Part shown: positions 1 to 12,569 of the stretch, one piece after another | Numbering within the stretch: position 1 is the first letter of the stretch | How the letters are laid out: every line of letters starts with the position of its first letter | Origin: Adineta vaga | Lineage: Eukaryota > Animalia > Rotifera | DNA: 64,000 bases | Assembly (NCBI GenBank): GCA_021613535.1 | Contig: CP075492.1 | Location: 5,518,001-5,582,000, forward strand | Direction of reading: 5' to 3' | Notes under the pieces: model-generated | The model's input: only the letters and a program-made list of their open reading frames with translations | Told to the model about the DNA's origin: nothing | The model's database searches: none | Translations under genes and position numbers: made by a program

Positions 1-325
1 AAGATTATTGGCAGAACAAGGTTTAAAATATGAACATCCATTTCGTTTTTCAGATATTTTTATCACGGGAATTTTACCTGAACGATCAGATTTTTTTTGT
101 GATATTCTTCCATTTACTTATACGCAAGGTACAACAGAACAATGTATAAATAATATTAAACGAAATAATTTAAAGGACATAACAGTATCAACACCACCAC
201 TTCTTGTTTGTTCAACAGGTCGTCATACAGCACAGAATACATTTTCAGATTATTATCGCATTTGGACAGTCTTAAAATATGTCTATGGTGATCGAATACA
301 TGGAAATAAACGTAATAAAGCTTAA
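1..325 (+). CDS. 3' end of a probable GT31-family (beta-1,3-galactosyltransferase-like) glycosyltransferase, truncated by window edge
   Basis: Frame is open from the window start to TAA at 323-325. 'PFRFSDIFITGIL' resembles the GT31 'F..EDV(F/Y)ITG.L' motif. Confidence 0.45.
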   Translation, partial: RLLAEQGLKYEHPFRFSDIFITGILPERSDFFCDILPFTYTQGTTEQCINNIKRNNLKDITVSTPPLLVCSTGRHTAQNTFSDYYRIWTVLKYVYGDRIHGNKRNKA

Positions 326-494
326 AAACAGAGACACGAAGTAAATGTTTTTTTTTCGCAGTCTATTCAATTGTTTTTAGATGGTTATATTTATTTTTCA
401 TTCGTATTATATGTAGATAAACAAATATAGAAAGTTTCATTTGTTGTGGAAAAATAATCAAAAAAAAAGAAATATTTTATTACGAAAAAGTATC

Positions 495-2348
495 TCATTC
501 ATCTGAAGATAATTGTAGTTTGAAAATATAAATTAGGATAGTAATCAAAAAAGTAAAATTAATAAAGTTTGATGAACTTCTATTAATAGGTGTTGTTGTA
601 GTTGGTGGAACAGCCGTTGTTACCTCACTTAATGAACTGCATGGAGCAATTGTAATATCATCAATTGCAACAGCTAGTGGAGTTGGTCGTCGTTGATATA
701 TTCGAAAATAAACTGATTCTTTACAAGCAGTCGATGGAAAAGACGTTGTAACTATTCGCCATCCACGACTATCATCTAATTCAACTGACCAAAGATTTGT
801 ATTAGTACAATCTAAAGTTAACATTTGTAATTTAGTATTTTGTTCGTCTGGTTCGACATTTGTCGAATTAACAAAATAAGCAAATCGAATACACATATCA
901 GCATTTGTTTCAATCAATCGTGTTTTTATTTGTCCATGAATGAGTGTTGATGGTGTATCTCGAGAACGTGCCCAATAAAGAAACCAATCACCACTTATTC
1001 CAGAAGAATATTTTGGACCGAGTCCTTCATTACGAATTCGATCTGGTGTTACAAGAGAACTATTAATGACAGTTTGTGGTGAAAGATATATATAATCATT
1101 TTGAATACCACATGATGGATCATAATCCGAATCAAAATCACATGCAAAATTTAGATAAGAATCTCCACGAAAATACTTTTGTTGATATCCACATGATCTT
1201 ATATCAAGCGAATCAATTGCAAATGAACTATTTACTTTAGTTCCTGAATCCATACGAAATAGAAGAGAATAATTTCCTATTGGTAATGATGCATATGCCC
1301 ATGACCTAATTTTAAAAGAGAATGATTTAGATTATTTTATTTGAAATACTGTTATTTACCATCGTTGATTGAAATAAGTATAATTCACTGGATTAATTGG
1401 CCAAACTTGCATGAGAGATTGACCATTCGTTTGATCCCATGCTAATACTGTCAGTTTACTAGTATGAAATGCTGTTCCAAATCTGTAATATTGAAAACTA
1501 AGACAAAATGTAGGATCATCTCTTGTAAAGTTAAATACACGTGTATTTAAATAACCAGCAGCACCCGATTTCAATGAATCGGAATTATTTAACCAGAGAT
1601 AATGACCTAGAAAATGAATGCGAAAATTAATTAGTTTTAAAAAGTTTTTTGTTGTTGTTAAAAGACCTGTTTGATCTCCAATGGAATAATCTGCTGGTGG
1701 TGCTTGTATTGTATAATTTTGAGCTTGTTGTGCTTGAATAATTGACCAACTATAGGAATAATTCGAAAGTGAAATAAATTCAGGACATAAAGTTTTATCG
1801 AAATCACATTGAAAAACTTTTATTTCTGGTGTCCATTTTGAATCTGGACATAATGAAATAGATATATCATCAAGATCTATCGATTGTGTAACATTACGAT
1901 ATGACATGAAGGGAATAAATTGACTCGCATATGGTGTTTCCAAAGTAAAAGTAAACCATTTTGTATTATCTCCTTCGACTCCAACTCGACCTGTTTGCAA
2001 TCGTGCTTGTAAATCATCTCCTTGAGCAAGTTCCATAGTAAAATCTATATCAGTTTGATTTGAAGAAACCCATTGTGTTACACATGCTGCGTATTTTGGT
2101 GGTACATTAATCCAATCTTTTGTACGAAAAGTAATCGATGGTTTAAGTATTCCAAGATGAGTCGAAGTTACATAGTGACCAGAAAGATTTCCATAAGTAT
2201 GATCAACATGTGTTGAAACATTGTTAACAATCCAATAATTATCAAATATCAAATCATTACATGTTTCTTCAAAGTCACAATAAACCACATTTTGTGATTG
2301 AGATGGTGTTATAAAACAAAATAGCAAAAATACAACTGTTACAAACAT
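495..2348 (-). CDS. Secreted/surface MAM-domain repeat protein (about 3 MAM-like units), Thr/Pro stalk, hydrophobic C-terminus (possible GPI signal)
   Basis: Signal peptide MFVTVVFLLFCFITPSQS. Repeated CDFE/CDFD starts, 'DHTYGNLSGHY', 'CLSFQYY', 'CIRFAYF', 'AIDDITI'. Short introns near 1607-1666 and 1305-1359. Confidence 0.75.
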
Positions 2349-2671
2349 TGTAAATGTATATGTCAATGTAGAAACTAGGTTGTTTATAAGTATGTTAAAC
2401 TGATAAGAAAATAACGTCAATACTGTGTAGCAACGCAATGACGTATTCTGTTTTTCCTGTCGATAGTTGACTCAATAAATACAACGACATGCGGACTAGA
2501 ATAATAATCTTATCACTTATCATTACATCACTTTTGTATTCTTTCGAGATTTGGGCAATTTCTTTTTAGATATAAATTTAACCATCTGTATGACGTTTTA
2601 TTGTAATTTAAACTCTGAAAGACTTGAATGTATATTTTTATCAGACAAAACAATCATTTTTAAAAAGCTAA

Positions 2672-5600
2672 TCAATGTTTATGATGTACACCTGCAAAGA
2701 ATGATTGAGTTTGTAACAGATTATTAAATAATTCTTTTGAATCTTTTAAAGTTGTTGACATATCATTTGATACAGAATGACATTTGAATGTAAAGACTTC
2801 ATAGAGATATTCTAATAAACGATTCCATTGTTTATAATCTGATGAATAGAATTGTTCGAGATGATCGATGAGTAACTAGAAGATATACAAATGATGTTTA
2901 GTGATGAGAACAAAAAAACACGGGAAATTACTTGTATTTGTATTCCAAATAAAAGAATGGGATTGGATATTTGTGGTAATGTTAATCGACAAACATCTGA
3001 TAAACGATCAAGAAATGAGTCATGTTGATGATTGAGAAATTCTTTAATTTCATTTTCCATAGTTTCATGTTGAAAATATTCATTTATCGATTCTAAATCA
3101 AGAAATTCATTCATAAAACCAACTGACCGTTGTTGATATTTATCTGTCAAATATTCATAATGATTATGTAATTGTTGTAAATAAATTAAACGATTTAAAT
3201 TCGAAAGATTCTTTTGTCGAGCTAATGCACGAAGATTAGAAAATTTCTTTAAATCATTTTCATATTCATTCAAAGATAATCGATCATAGAGACAAAGTGA
3301 ACATTGACATGATCGAATTTGACATTGTTGAAGATAATTTGAACGTTCATTAATCGATGAAATCCATAATGGACAATAAGATATAGTTAATTCATCACCT
3401 TGTCGAACATTCGTTGAACAAATATAGATAAATAAATAATCACCAATTAAATACCATAAACAATTCGGTAAACATGAATGATTAAACATTGAACCTAATG
3501 AATACCAAGCAAGTGTTGATTGAGATTTATATGGATTTTGTCGTTGAGTTTCAAAGAGAATACGCCATGGAACGTATGGCAATGGTGGAGGTAATCGTCT
3601 ACAGAAAAAAAATGAGTCGAAATTATGAAATATTCTATTGTCTATTTACTTTGAAAACGGTTTTCTCCATTGTTTTTTTTCTGATAGAATTTCTTCATAG
3701 TTTTCCGGTAAATTCGATGATATTTCATTATTTTCTTGTTGTTTATTCATCTCTTCTTTTATATTTTCTGCTAACCATTGTCGTATTGGTTGCATTGATT
3801 TCATTTTTTCAAATGTTGTCCATGTATCATTACCAATCAATAATTGTTTTTCAATTTCATTTAATAAACGTAATGTCTCATTAGAACAATATTCAATTTT
3901 AGAATTTTCATCCCAATAATTCATTGTATGACAATATTCTTCGCCAATAATTCTATTATCAATACTTGCAAAGGGTTGTTCGACAACTAATAATGTTCCA
4001 ACATCGAGATTTTTCAATGCATAAACACCATATGAACCATTCGGATAACCATTTTTCGTTCTTTCTTCTGTCTAGAAAATATGAAAAAAAGACTTCTTTT
4101 TCTTTTTTGTCTTCCAAAAGTTCAATTCTCTACTTGACATAATCGAACTTCAAATAAATCATTTCGATGACATTCAGCATGATGATTTGGTAGATCAATA
4201 AACATTAATTGTGTTTTATTCTTCATTTGTTTTTGTAACATTCCTTGTAAATCATATCGTCCTTTTGTATTTTCATCTCTTAATCGTATTAATTCTCTTT
4301 CAAGTATGGCCATTGTTGTTAAATTTTCTCCACCCGATAGACCAAGACCAAATTTATGTGATTTTAATAAACCTTCAACTTTATCGAATAAACCAAGATA
4401 TAGATGAGCACTTAAACAACGAAATAGAAGTTTGCCTGTAGTTGCTTTTGGTAATTCAAGTATATGGGTTAATTCATTAAATGCAAGAAGAATACCCGTA
4501 TCAGCTAAAGCTAATGCTGCATGACGTTCACGTAGATAACAAGCACAACGATTCGATAGAAGACGAATGCGATGTTGTTCACGTTCATCTGTTTTTGGAC
4601 CGACTAAAATCATTGATTCATTTGTAAAGATTTTCAAATTCGATGTACTAGTACATACTTGATTGTCCTTTTAATGTTAATTCTTTTTCTTGTTCTTCAT
4701 CAAGTTGTTTTAAACCAAATGTATAATACTCAATTGCACTACGATTATCATCAACTTGATAACATGCATTACCCATTTGTCTCAATTGTTCGACATTAAT
4801 TCGATGACTCATCGAACAACGTTCTTCAAAATCAATCAGTAATAAATGTGTATTTGGTGATTCACAACGAAGTGATATATCACCATCAGAACATTTTTTT
4901 AACCATGGATCGAGTAGAACTATCGATGAATTCATTGGTAAGAGATTATTTAGACGTTCGTGAATATATTTTAACGTTTTGATTTGTCTTGTATCAATAA
5001 TATATGACCAATTGTAAATTGATAGACGAAGACAATGATGATTTTCATCTTGAACAACTACATGAACAGCTGAACGATTCCAAATTGGTATCGAGATAAT
5101 TTTTAATCGTAAATATGAATTTACATGTAAATGATCGATACGTAGAAGATTTATTTTCAATTGTATTGATGTTTCCATGCGATCCATCTGAACAAACAAA
5201 CAAATACTAATTTACAAAGAAAGATTTCTTTAATACTTGATCGGAGAATATATCTGGAACTAATGGAATCAATCGATATTTCATTTGTGAATTGAGATTA
5301 TTCTTCATAAAACTATACGTTGAATCATCTAACATAGTCTCAATTTGTTTAATAAATGCATTATGTTTTTCCAATAGAATTGATTTTGATATAGGTGTGG
5401 AATAAATCTCATGTTGATCCGTTTCATCGATTTGATGAGTACGAAATAATTGCGATAAAATATCTGGATAGGATAATTTATAATCAAATTTGGATTTTGT
5501 TGAAGGAAGATTGGACGCTTTTTTCGATTTTGTTTGTTGAAGATGTTTTAATTTTTCAGTTAAACGATCATGCCAATGTGATGGGCAATTTCGATTTGAA

Positions 5601-5695
5601 CAACAGATCGATAGATCAAGTTCATCAGCTAAACCGATAATAGCTGCATGAGGTGTAAGAATAGTTTTTTTAATTTTTGTTCGTGACTTCGGCAT
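2672..5695 (-). CDS. TPR + SET domain protein (putative lysine methyltransferase), multi-exon
   Basis: SET motifs 'GSYGVYALKNLDVGTLLVVEQP', 'MFNHSCLPNC', 'GDELTISY' and post-SET 'CQCSLC'. TPRs 'LRQMGNACYQ..AIEYYTFGL' and 'LLSNRCACYL'. Final exon after intron 2876-2931 ends in TGA at 2672-2674. Confidence 0.8.
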
Positions 5696-5995
5696 ATTGA
5701 TTTTCAAGATGAGAAAATCTGTTTAGTTAATCTAAAAATAATTCAACGACCAATCGATAATATATACAAATGTTTTTCTTTCGTTTTTCAGCGACATCAT
5801 GCGAAAAATGTTCGAGCATTTCACTTTCTTTTTTAGGCACTTGAAACTTTTTTCTTGTCACAAGTTTCTCTCTCTCTCTTGCTCGCTCTTTTACATGAAT
5901 TAAGACCATGTAAGTAAAGTACAGATCGAAAAAATTCTCTTTTTTTAAATATAAAACAACAGGTACAAACAGAAAATTGTGACTATATACTTACC

Positions 5996-6640
5996 ATGTC
6001 AGTAAAAGCACCGCGACATCCCGTACAAGCAAAATCATTAACTCTATTGGAACTATGTCAGACAATTCAAGACCTGCGGCGTACGTCCTCACAGGATGCT
6101 TCTCAAATTTTAACACGTCGTCTTTATTTTCATCCGATAAATACAAAATCAAATTCGAAACAACGTCAATCATCAAAATTAGTTGCTCGTGGTATACTTC
6201 AAACGACACCCTCTCAAAAACAAACGTCTCATCCTAATCTGTCTATCCTTTCATCCTCATTCTCTTTCGCAACACGTTCAAATTCTAAAATGAATTCATC
6301 AATTATGACTGATAATGATGATACGAATGAGTTAGAAATAAGTACAGTAACAAGTTCATTCAATCAAATTTCGCTAGCACCGATTACACAACGACCACCA
6401 TTATTAACAAAAAGACGAACAGCATTAAATCGATCATTATATATTCCAGATCGACAACTAGTTCAATTGACTGACAAAATTGATACGCAAAGATTGAATT
6501 TATGGAATTATATAAATAAGAAATTTGATCGTCCATGCCCGCAAGATCCACCGACAACACCCCTTCATAATTCGACTGATTTTGATATCCAACAACAAGA
6601 AAGTTATTATTCATTCCCAGATATTATAAACTATAAGTAA
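5996..6640 (+). CDS. Uncharacterised intronless 214-aa Ser/Thr/Gln-rich protein, head-to-head with the TPR-SET gene
   Basis: Long ATG-initiated ORF in AT-rich DNA with coding-like composition. No domain recognised. Confidence 0.55.
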   Translation: MSVKAPRHPVQAKSLTLLELCQTIQDLRRTSSQDASQILTRRLYFHPINTKSNSKQRQSSKLVARGILQTTPSQKQTSHPNLSILSSSFSFATRSNSKMNSSIMTDNDDTNELEISTVTSSFNQISLAPITQRPPLLTKRRTALNRSLYIPDRQLVQLTDKIDTQRLNLWNYINKKFDRPCPQDPPTTPLHNSTDFDIQQQESYYSFPDIINYK

Positions 6641-6724
6641 AATCCTGTCCATACTGATCAATTATAACTCAACTTCGTTTTCTTCATATATACATATATA
6701 TATAACGAATCTTTCATTGGAAAA

Positions 6725-6890
6725 AAGATCGAGAATTATTGTCTTCTTTTTCTCAACACGAAAAAAAAATTTCTTAAGTTGACAGAAGAATCTTTCAAGA
6801 TGTAATAACAATAAATGGATGTTTGCAAAAAGAACAACGAACACAAGAAAAGTTAACATCAAGTTTCTACTGTTTTCTTTTTCTATTGTT
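6725..6890 (-). repeat. Diverged direct duplicate of the NAP1 last codons, stop and 3'UTR (original ~7452-7648)
   Basis: Shared blocks 'atttcttaagttgacagaagaatctttcaagat', 'gtttgcaaaa', 'acaacgaacacaagaaaagtta', 'ctgttttctttttcta'. Confidence 0.9.
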
Positions 6891-7157
6891 GAAATTTATT
6901 CTCTTCTATTTCATATCGACTCAGAATATGAAGTGAATAGTTCATTTCCAGTTGATTCAATCAAAAGTTCGCATATCAATGTAACATAAGAGATAATTAT
7001 TTTAAAAAAAAACTTCGTCCAAAAAATTCATCTGGTTATCATGGTAATTGGTTTCGTTATCGGGCACGTTCTCTAGATGCATCATCGGTTTTGACTACTG
7101 GACAAATAAAAACATCTGCAAATGAAACAAACGCATATGTGTATTAGACTTTCCTTA
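6890..7157 (+). pseudogene. Decayed, internally deleted, inverted fragment of the MAM-domain gene (or a close paralog)
   Basis: Translates as YSLLFHIDSEYEVNSSFPVDSI ... PKNSSGYHGNWFRYRARSLDASSVLTTGQIKTSANETNA/MCIRL. The gene at 495-2348 reads YSLLFRMDSGTKVNSSFAIDSL ... PKYSSGISGDWFLYWARSRDTPSTLIHGQIKTRLIETNADMCIRF. Frameshifts and stops present. Confidence 0.85.
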
Positions 7158-7638
7158 GGTAAACGAATAATACATACAGAAAGGATTGTTTCTTTCACAT
7201 TCATATTTTATTTTGATCATTACAAACGAAGCGAAGCTTTAAAGTTCTCATGGCTATTTTCTATATTATTCTACTGAGGAATTTATTTCCGGCCGATACT
7301 ACGTTTCTATGGTCTTCTTCGTAATGCGACTTTGCATACGCTGTCAAATAACGTTTTTTCCATTTTTATGTACACTTATTTTTCAAAATAAGAAGTCTTT
7401 TCAACATATAGAACCATTTTGATATATATGCATCGTAGAGTGGAAATTATAGAGATCAAAAATTGTTTCATTCTTTTCTTTTTATCTTCTTTTTGTCAAC
7501 ATGAAAAACAATTTCTTAAGTTGACAGAAGAATCTTTCAAGATATAACAACAATAAATGAACGTTTGCAAAAGGAAAACAACGAACACAAGAAAAGTTAG
7601 CATCAATAAAAAAAACATATTGCCACTGTTTTCTTTTT

Positions 7639-9253
7639 CTACTGTTGTTTGCATTCGGGTTGCTGTTGACCAGCACCGCCTTGCTTTCCGCCACGAGATT
7701 TCTAAATCCATCAAAGAAGAAAATTATTATGAATAATTTCATTGATACTTACACCACTGGGACCATGTTTACAATTGCCACCATGTTGGTGATGATGTCC
7801 ACCACGGGCACCACCATGACCTTCATGTTCATCATCTTCTTCATCATCATCTTCATCGTCATCTTCATCATCTTCATCTTCTTCATCTTCATCAAACTAT
7901 GAACACAAACAAAGAAATATATAATTTACTTAGATTTAATTTTACTTCTCCATCATCTTCATCTCCAACTTCACCGGTATAATAAAGTACAGCTTTTGGT
8001 ACAATTGAATCTCGTAACATATGACCAATTTCAAAATCAGCTGCTAACATTCTCATTTCATCACTATCTTCTATTTCAGCATCAGCATCTTCGGGTACTA
8101 AATACAAACACTTGTACATTTTCTTCTTCATTTCAGAAAGAGAATATTTACCAGTTGGTGGTGTAAAAAAGTTAAAGAATGAATCAGTTTGAACTTCTTT
8201 GGTTACCACACGAATTGTTCCACGATTCTTATGTTTTTGTCGTTTTTTGACCATTTTCATTGTGACATTTTTTCCTTTATTCCATTGAATTTCACATCCT
8301 TTCGATTTGATGATTTCTGGTCCTTCGTAGGATAATGGTTCATGCTCATCAGGTCCAGTGCGAAGTTCATAGAATTTGGTCAAAACAGTATTAGTAAAAT
8401 AGTCATTAGGTGTAAATTCAAATTCAATGGTGAAACCTTTTTCATTAGCTTCATTTTTCATTACAATACGAACATCACTAAGATGTTTAAGAACATCTTC
8501 ATCTTGTTCCTAATAAACCATAAGATTTATCAATGAATCGTTTATCGAAAGAAAACTTTACTTTGATTAATTCTGAAAGTACATCTGAATTTTTAAATAC
8601 TTGTAACCAAAATTCTGGAATACCGACTGTTTTTTCTAGAAATAATCTCTTTTAATCAAACATAAAACTCTAAATCAATGAGAACTACCTTCTTCTTTTT
8701 TTTCTTCTTCGTTAGTTTTCTTTGTTTGTTCATCAGTCTAAACAATTATGAATCTTCATTTCGACTATACAAAGGTTTCCATCATACCTCATCTTCATCA
8801 AATGCACATTTGCCTTCTTCTTCAGTTGGTTCATACTTACCTTTGACAATATTTAAACGCTAAAATAAACATTGAATTATTCTGCATCTTTTTTGAAAAA
8901 AACATTCTTTTTTCATACCTTTTCATAAAGTGGTTGATATTTGCTTAAATAACGACATTCAAGTGCATGAACTTCTTCGAAAAAGTTTGCTTCAATTTTA
9001 TGATGTTCTGCTTGAAGATTTCGAAGTGCATTTACACGTCGGACAACTTCAGCAGGTAAACTAAACGAAAAAACACACACACACACACACATCAAATTTA
9101 GACGAACGCAAGAGAAATTTCATCATACCTTCCAGCAAAAGACAATCCGTCATCACCCATTGAATCATTTCGATGTTGACCACTTTCAACAGTACTTGAA
9201 GCGGTTTCAACGGATGCAGGAGATGCTACTTGTTCATTATCATTTTTATCCAT
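7639..9253 (-). CDS. NAP1L1: Nucleosome assembly protein 1-like histone chaperone
   Basis: 'RRVNALRNLQ..EANFFEEVHALECRYLSKYQPLYEKR', 'GIPEFWLQV', 'FEFTPNDYFTNTVLTK', 'DSFFNFFTPP', 'DFEIGH', an acidic tail and C-terminal CaaX 'PECKQQ*'. Confidence 0.95.
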
Positions 9254-9530
9254 GTTTTTTGTTTCTTATTTTGTATAAAGCAACGAAATATCCCTTTTGC
9301 TGCGCAATATATACTCATATTCAATCATCCAATTAGATTTGATTTTAGAAAAATGTGTTTTATTTTTATAAAAGCATTTCTAAATCTTTTTCATGAACAT
9401 TTTTTCGTTCTCGAAAATCATTTTCTCTATATGAGAAATGTACAACTAGCGACATCATTGGTTGGGTATTTATTGGACGGGAATAATAATAATTATTCGT
9501 ATTTTTTCATTTTCATTTTAAGAAATAACA

Positions 9531-10389
9531 ATGTCGGATTTTGATGATATACAGCCGAATCTTTCAACGTCCATTGATAACGATGAAACAGCATTATCAA
9601 AATATGAAGATGAATTAGAACGAACAATTCAAGAGAATCTAACGAATGAACAAGATTTACATACACAAAAATTATTTCTTGCTTTTCAAAATGCAGCTAC
9701 AAATGTAACAAAAATGTTTCGTGGTATGCAAAGAATTTCCATGATATTTTTGTTTCATCTCTTCATTTCGTTTTTATAGAACGTTCCAGTGGAACTAATA
9801 ATTGGAATTCATTTCATACAGCTGCTGAATCTGTTGCAATGCTTTATAAAGGTACGTCAACTCGACATATGTAAATAGTAAAGAATATGAATTTGTTTTT
9901 TTTTATTTAGAAAGTCTTGATGTCTTGAAAGATGCTATTCAACTCGGTATTCTCAATGGCCAACAACGTAAAACGAAACAAGTCTTACGTTGGACACGTC
10001 GTAAACAACGTCGTCATATACGTACGGATGAATTCTATGATTATCTTATTGATCGTCCATCACAATCAATTGCTTCTCCACCAGAAATTGTCAATCCATC
10101 CAATCCATCTCCAGTTGTTGACGATTTACAAACATTTCGACAAGCACTTGTTATGAATAGTAAATTGAAGAATTTCCTTATGAAATTACAAACTATAGGG
10201 TTTTTGTTTTATTTTGTAGATAATGATAATAAAACACATATCGATATTTCTTCCAATCGTCAATCGGAACAACTTGAAAGTTTTGTTCGTCAACAAGTGG
10301 CAAATCAATTAGCAAGAAAACGAGATTATCATTCAGCTGATCTTTACTCAAATGATTCCCAAAAGTCAAAGCGTACTCGTCATACTTAA
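9531..10389 (+). CDS. HAPSTR1: HAPSTR1 / UPF0472 (C16orf72-like) protein
   Basis: 'QKLFLAFQNAATNVTKMFR', 'WNSFHTAAESVAMLYKES', 'DDLQTFRQAL' and C-terminal basic NLS 'KSKRTR'. Three short introns. Confidence 0.75.
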
Positions 10390-10616
10390 ATACAATAATG
10401 AAACAATAAAGAATCCGAACAAGATTTGATAACTTATCTTTTATCATTCTGTTTGCTTTCGATTGTATTTATATATCTACCTATTTTTGTGTTCTCTTTT
10501 GTTAAACACATACATTCGTTTAGTTATATTGTAACTAAATGAAAAGATCTCTTTTCGTATTTGATTTGGAAAATAAAATCTATGGAAACTTCTAATTTTC
10601 TTCTAGAGAAAACAAC

Positions 10617-12534
10617 ATGGCTTTGTTTTCATTTGGATTATTATTCATTGTTGTTTTTATTCTATTATTTTTTCGTTATAAAACATGGATTATGAATTGT
10701 ATTAAAGTCTTGCGTACTTATGAAACAATTCCATGTCCATCGGGAAAATTACCAATATTGGGAAATCTATTAAATTTACCAATAAGTGCATATCGTAAGA
10801 ATGAAACTACCAAAAACAATGAAATATAAAGATCTATTTTTTAGATTTCTCGAAGAAACTTGATTTATTTTATGAAGAGGCGAAAAGTACTGATTTATAT
10901 TGTTTATGGCTTGGAACACATCCATTAATTGCCTTTTTTCATCCAGTTGGACTTGAAGTTTGTTATGAAATTTACAAGACGAAAATAAATGTCTTTTTCT
11001 CCTTTTAGCACTTTTTTGCTAGCTCAAAACATATTACCAAATCATCGGATTATATCTATCTTCATCCATGGTTAAGAACTGGTTTATTAACAAGGTTTGT
11101 CTTTATCTAAATATCAAAGAATGTTGCGTTACATGTCTTTTCTTTTTAGTACGGGTGCTAAATGGAAAAATCGTCGACGAATAATAACACCAGCTTTTCA
11201 TAATACAGATTTATTAAATAATTTCGTTGAAATTTTCAATGAACAAACTGCGATCTTAATTCAACGTTTACAATCAATTCAATCAGAACGAGAAGTCAAT
11301 TTATATCCATATATTGCATCATGTGCTCTAGATATTATTTGTGGTTGGTATTCTACAAAATGGTTTTCCTTCTAAAACTTTATTTCCTTGATATTTTAGA
11401 AGCAGCAATGGGTTTAAGTATTGGTGCACAACAAAAACGAAATTCTGAATATGTCGACGCAGTTTTAAAGTAAATCAAATTTTCATCGAATAAAAAAAAA
11501 CGTTTGTTTGATTTAGATTAACTGATATTATTTTAAAACGTCAACGTATGCCATGGATGTGGCCGGATATAGTATTTCAATTCTTACCTGAAGGACGTGA
11601 ACATGATCGACATTTAAATACTGTTCATCAATTTACAAAAAAAGTTATTGATGATCGTGCACGAGATTTCCATGCGAGTAATATTCAGGGCAAACGTTTA
11701 GCATTTCTTGGTAAAAAGAACTTATTTATCCGTATAAAATTCATCGTTTTGATTTCAGATTTACTTCTTAAACAAATGCATGAAGAACAATTAACACTTC
11801 TCGATATTCAAGAAGAAGTTGATACATTTATGTTTGAAGTAAAAGAAACATTGAACATGTTTGTGTATGTTTTGGACTTTTCGGAATATTTTAGGGACAT
11901 GATACAACTGCTGCGGCAATGAATTTTACTTGTTTTATGATTGCATCACATCCTAAAGTTCAAGAAAAATTACATGAAGAAATTGATCGAGTTTTTGGTA
12001 ATGATCTCAATCGTTCTTGTACAATGGAAGATGTAGATGAATTGAAATATTTGGAATGTGTTATTAAAGAAACACTTCGATTATTTCCGTCTGTTCCATT
12101 CATAGCACGTGAAATTCAAGAAGATTTTACGTATCGTAAGTCTAAGAATACCAACGAATATTTCTTTATATCGATTGTTTTTTTTTGTTATAGATAATCA
12201 TAAGTTATTAAAAGGTTCAACTGCTGTTTTATTTATTTATTACATACATCGTGATCCGAAATATTTTCCTGATCCGGAAAGATTCGATCCGGATCGATTT
12301 CTACCAGAGAATAGTGTTGATCGACCCGCATACGCATTCGTACCATTTTCAGCTGGTTCAAGAAACTGTATTGGTCAACGTTTTGCCTTATTAGAAGAGA
12401 AGATCATTCTTTCATCTATTTTAAGACGATTTAAATTGAAAACATCTCAATTACGAGATGATTTACACCTTTCATTCGAAGTTATTCTTCGTTCTGAAAA
12501 TGGTGCTTTTGTTCAACTTGAAATGCGACAATAA
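10617..12534 (+). CDS. Cytochrome P450, CYP4 clan (CYP4V/CYP4C-like)
   Basis: N-terminal TM anchor, 'WKNRRR', 'EEVDTFMFEGHDTT', 'KETLRLFP', 'PERFDPDRF' and heme motif 'PFSAGSRNCIG'. Confidence 0.95.
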
Positions 12535-12569
12535 TTTTTGTAATTTCCTTTTTTTAGATAAATATATTT

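Noticed and set aside
6883-6960. Alternative NAP1 terminal exon ending ...NKFQQ*
   Set aside because: The upstream sequence is the antisense of the MAM fragment, has an in-frame stop, no convincing acceptor and no CaaX cysteine.
6662-7742. Pair of similar small ORFs (6662-6862, 7482-7742, 7496-7714) suggesting a peptide family
   Set aside because: The similarity comes from the duplicated NAP1 3'UTR. Starts are non-ATG or intronic and frames are not conserved.
7645-7902. Hydrophobic Phe/Ile-rich ORF resembling a membrane peptide
   Set aside because: It is the antisense of the NAP1 acidic (GAT/GAA) tail.
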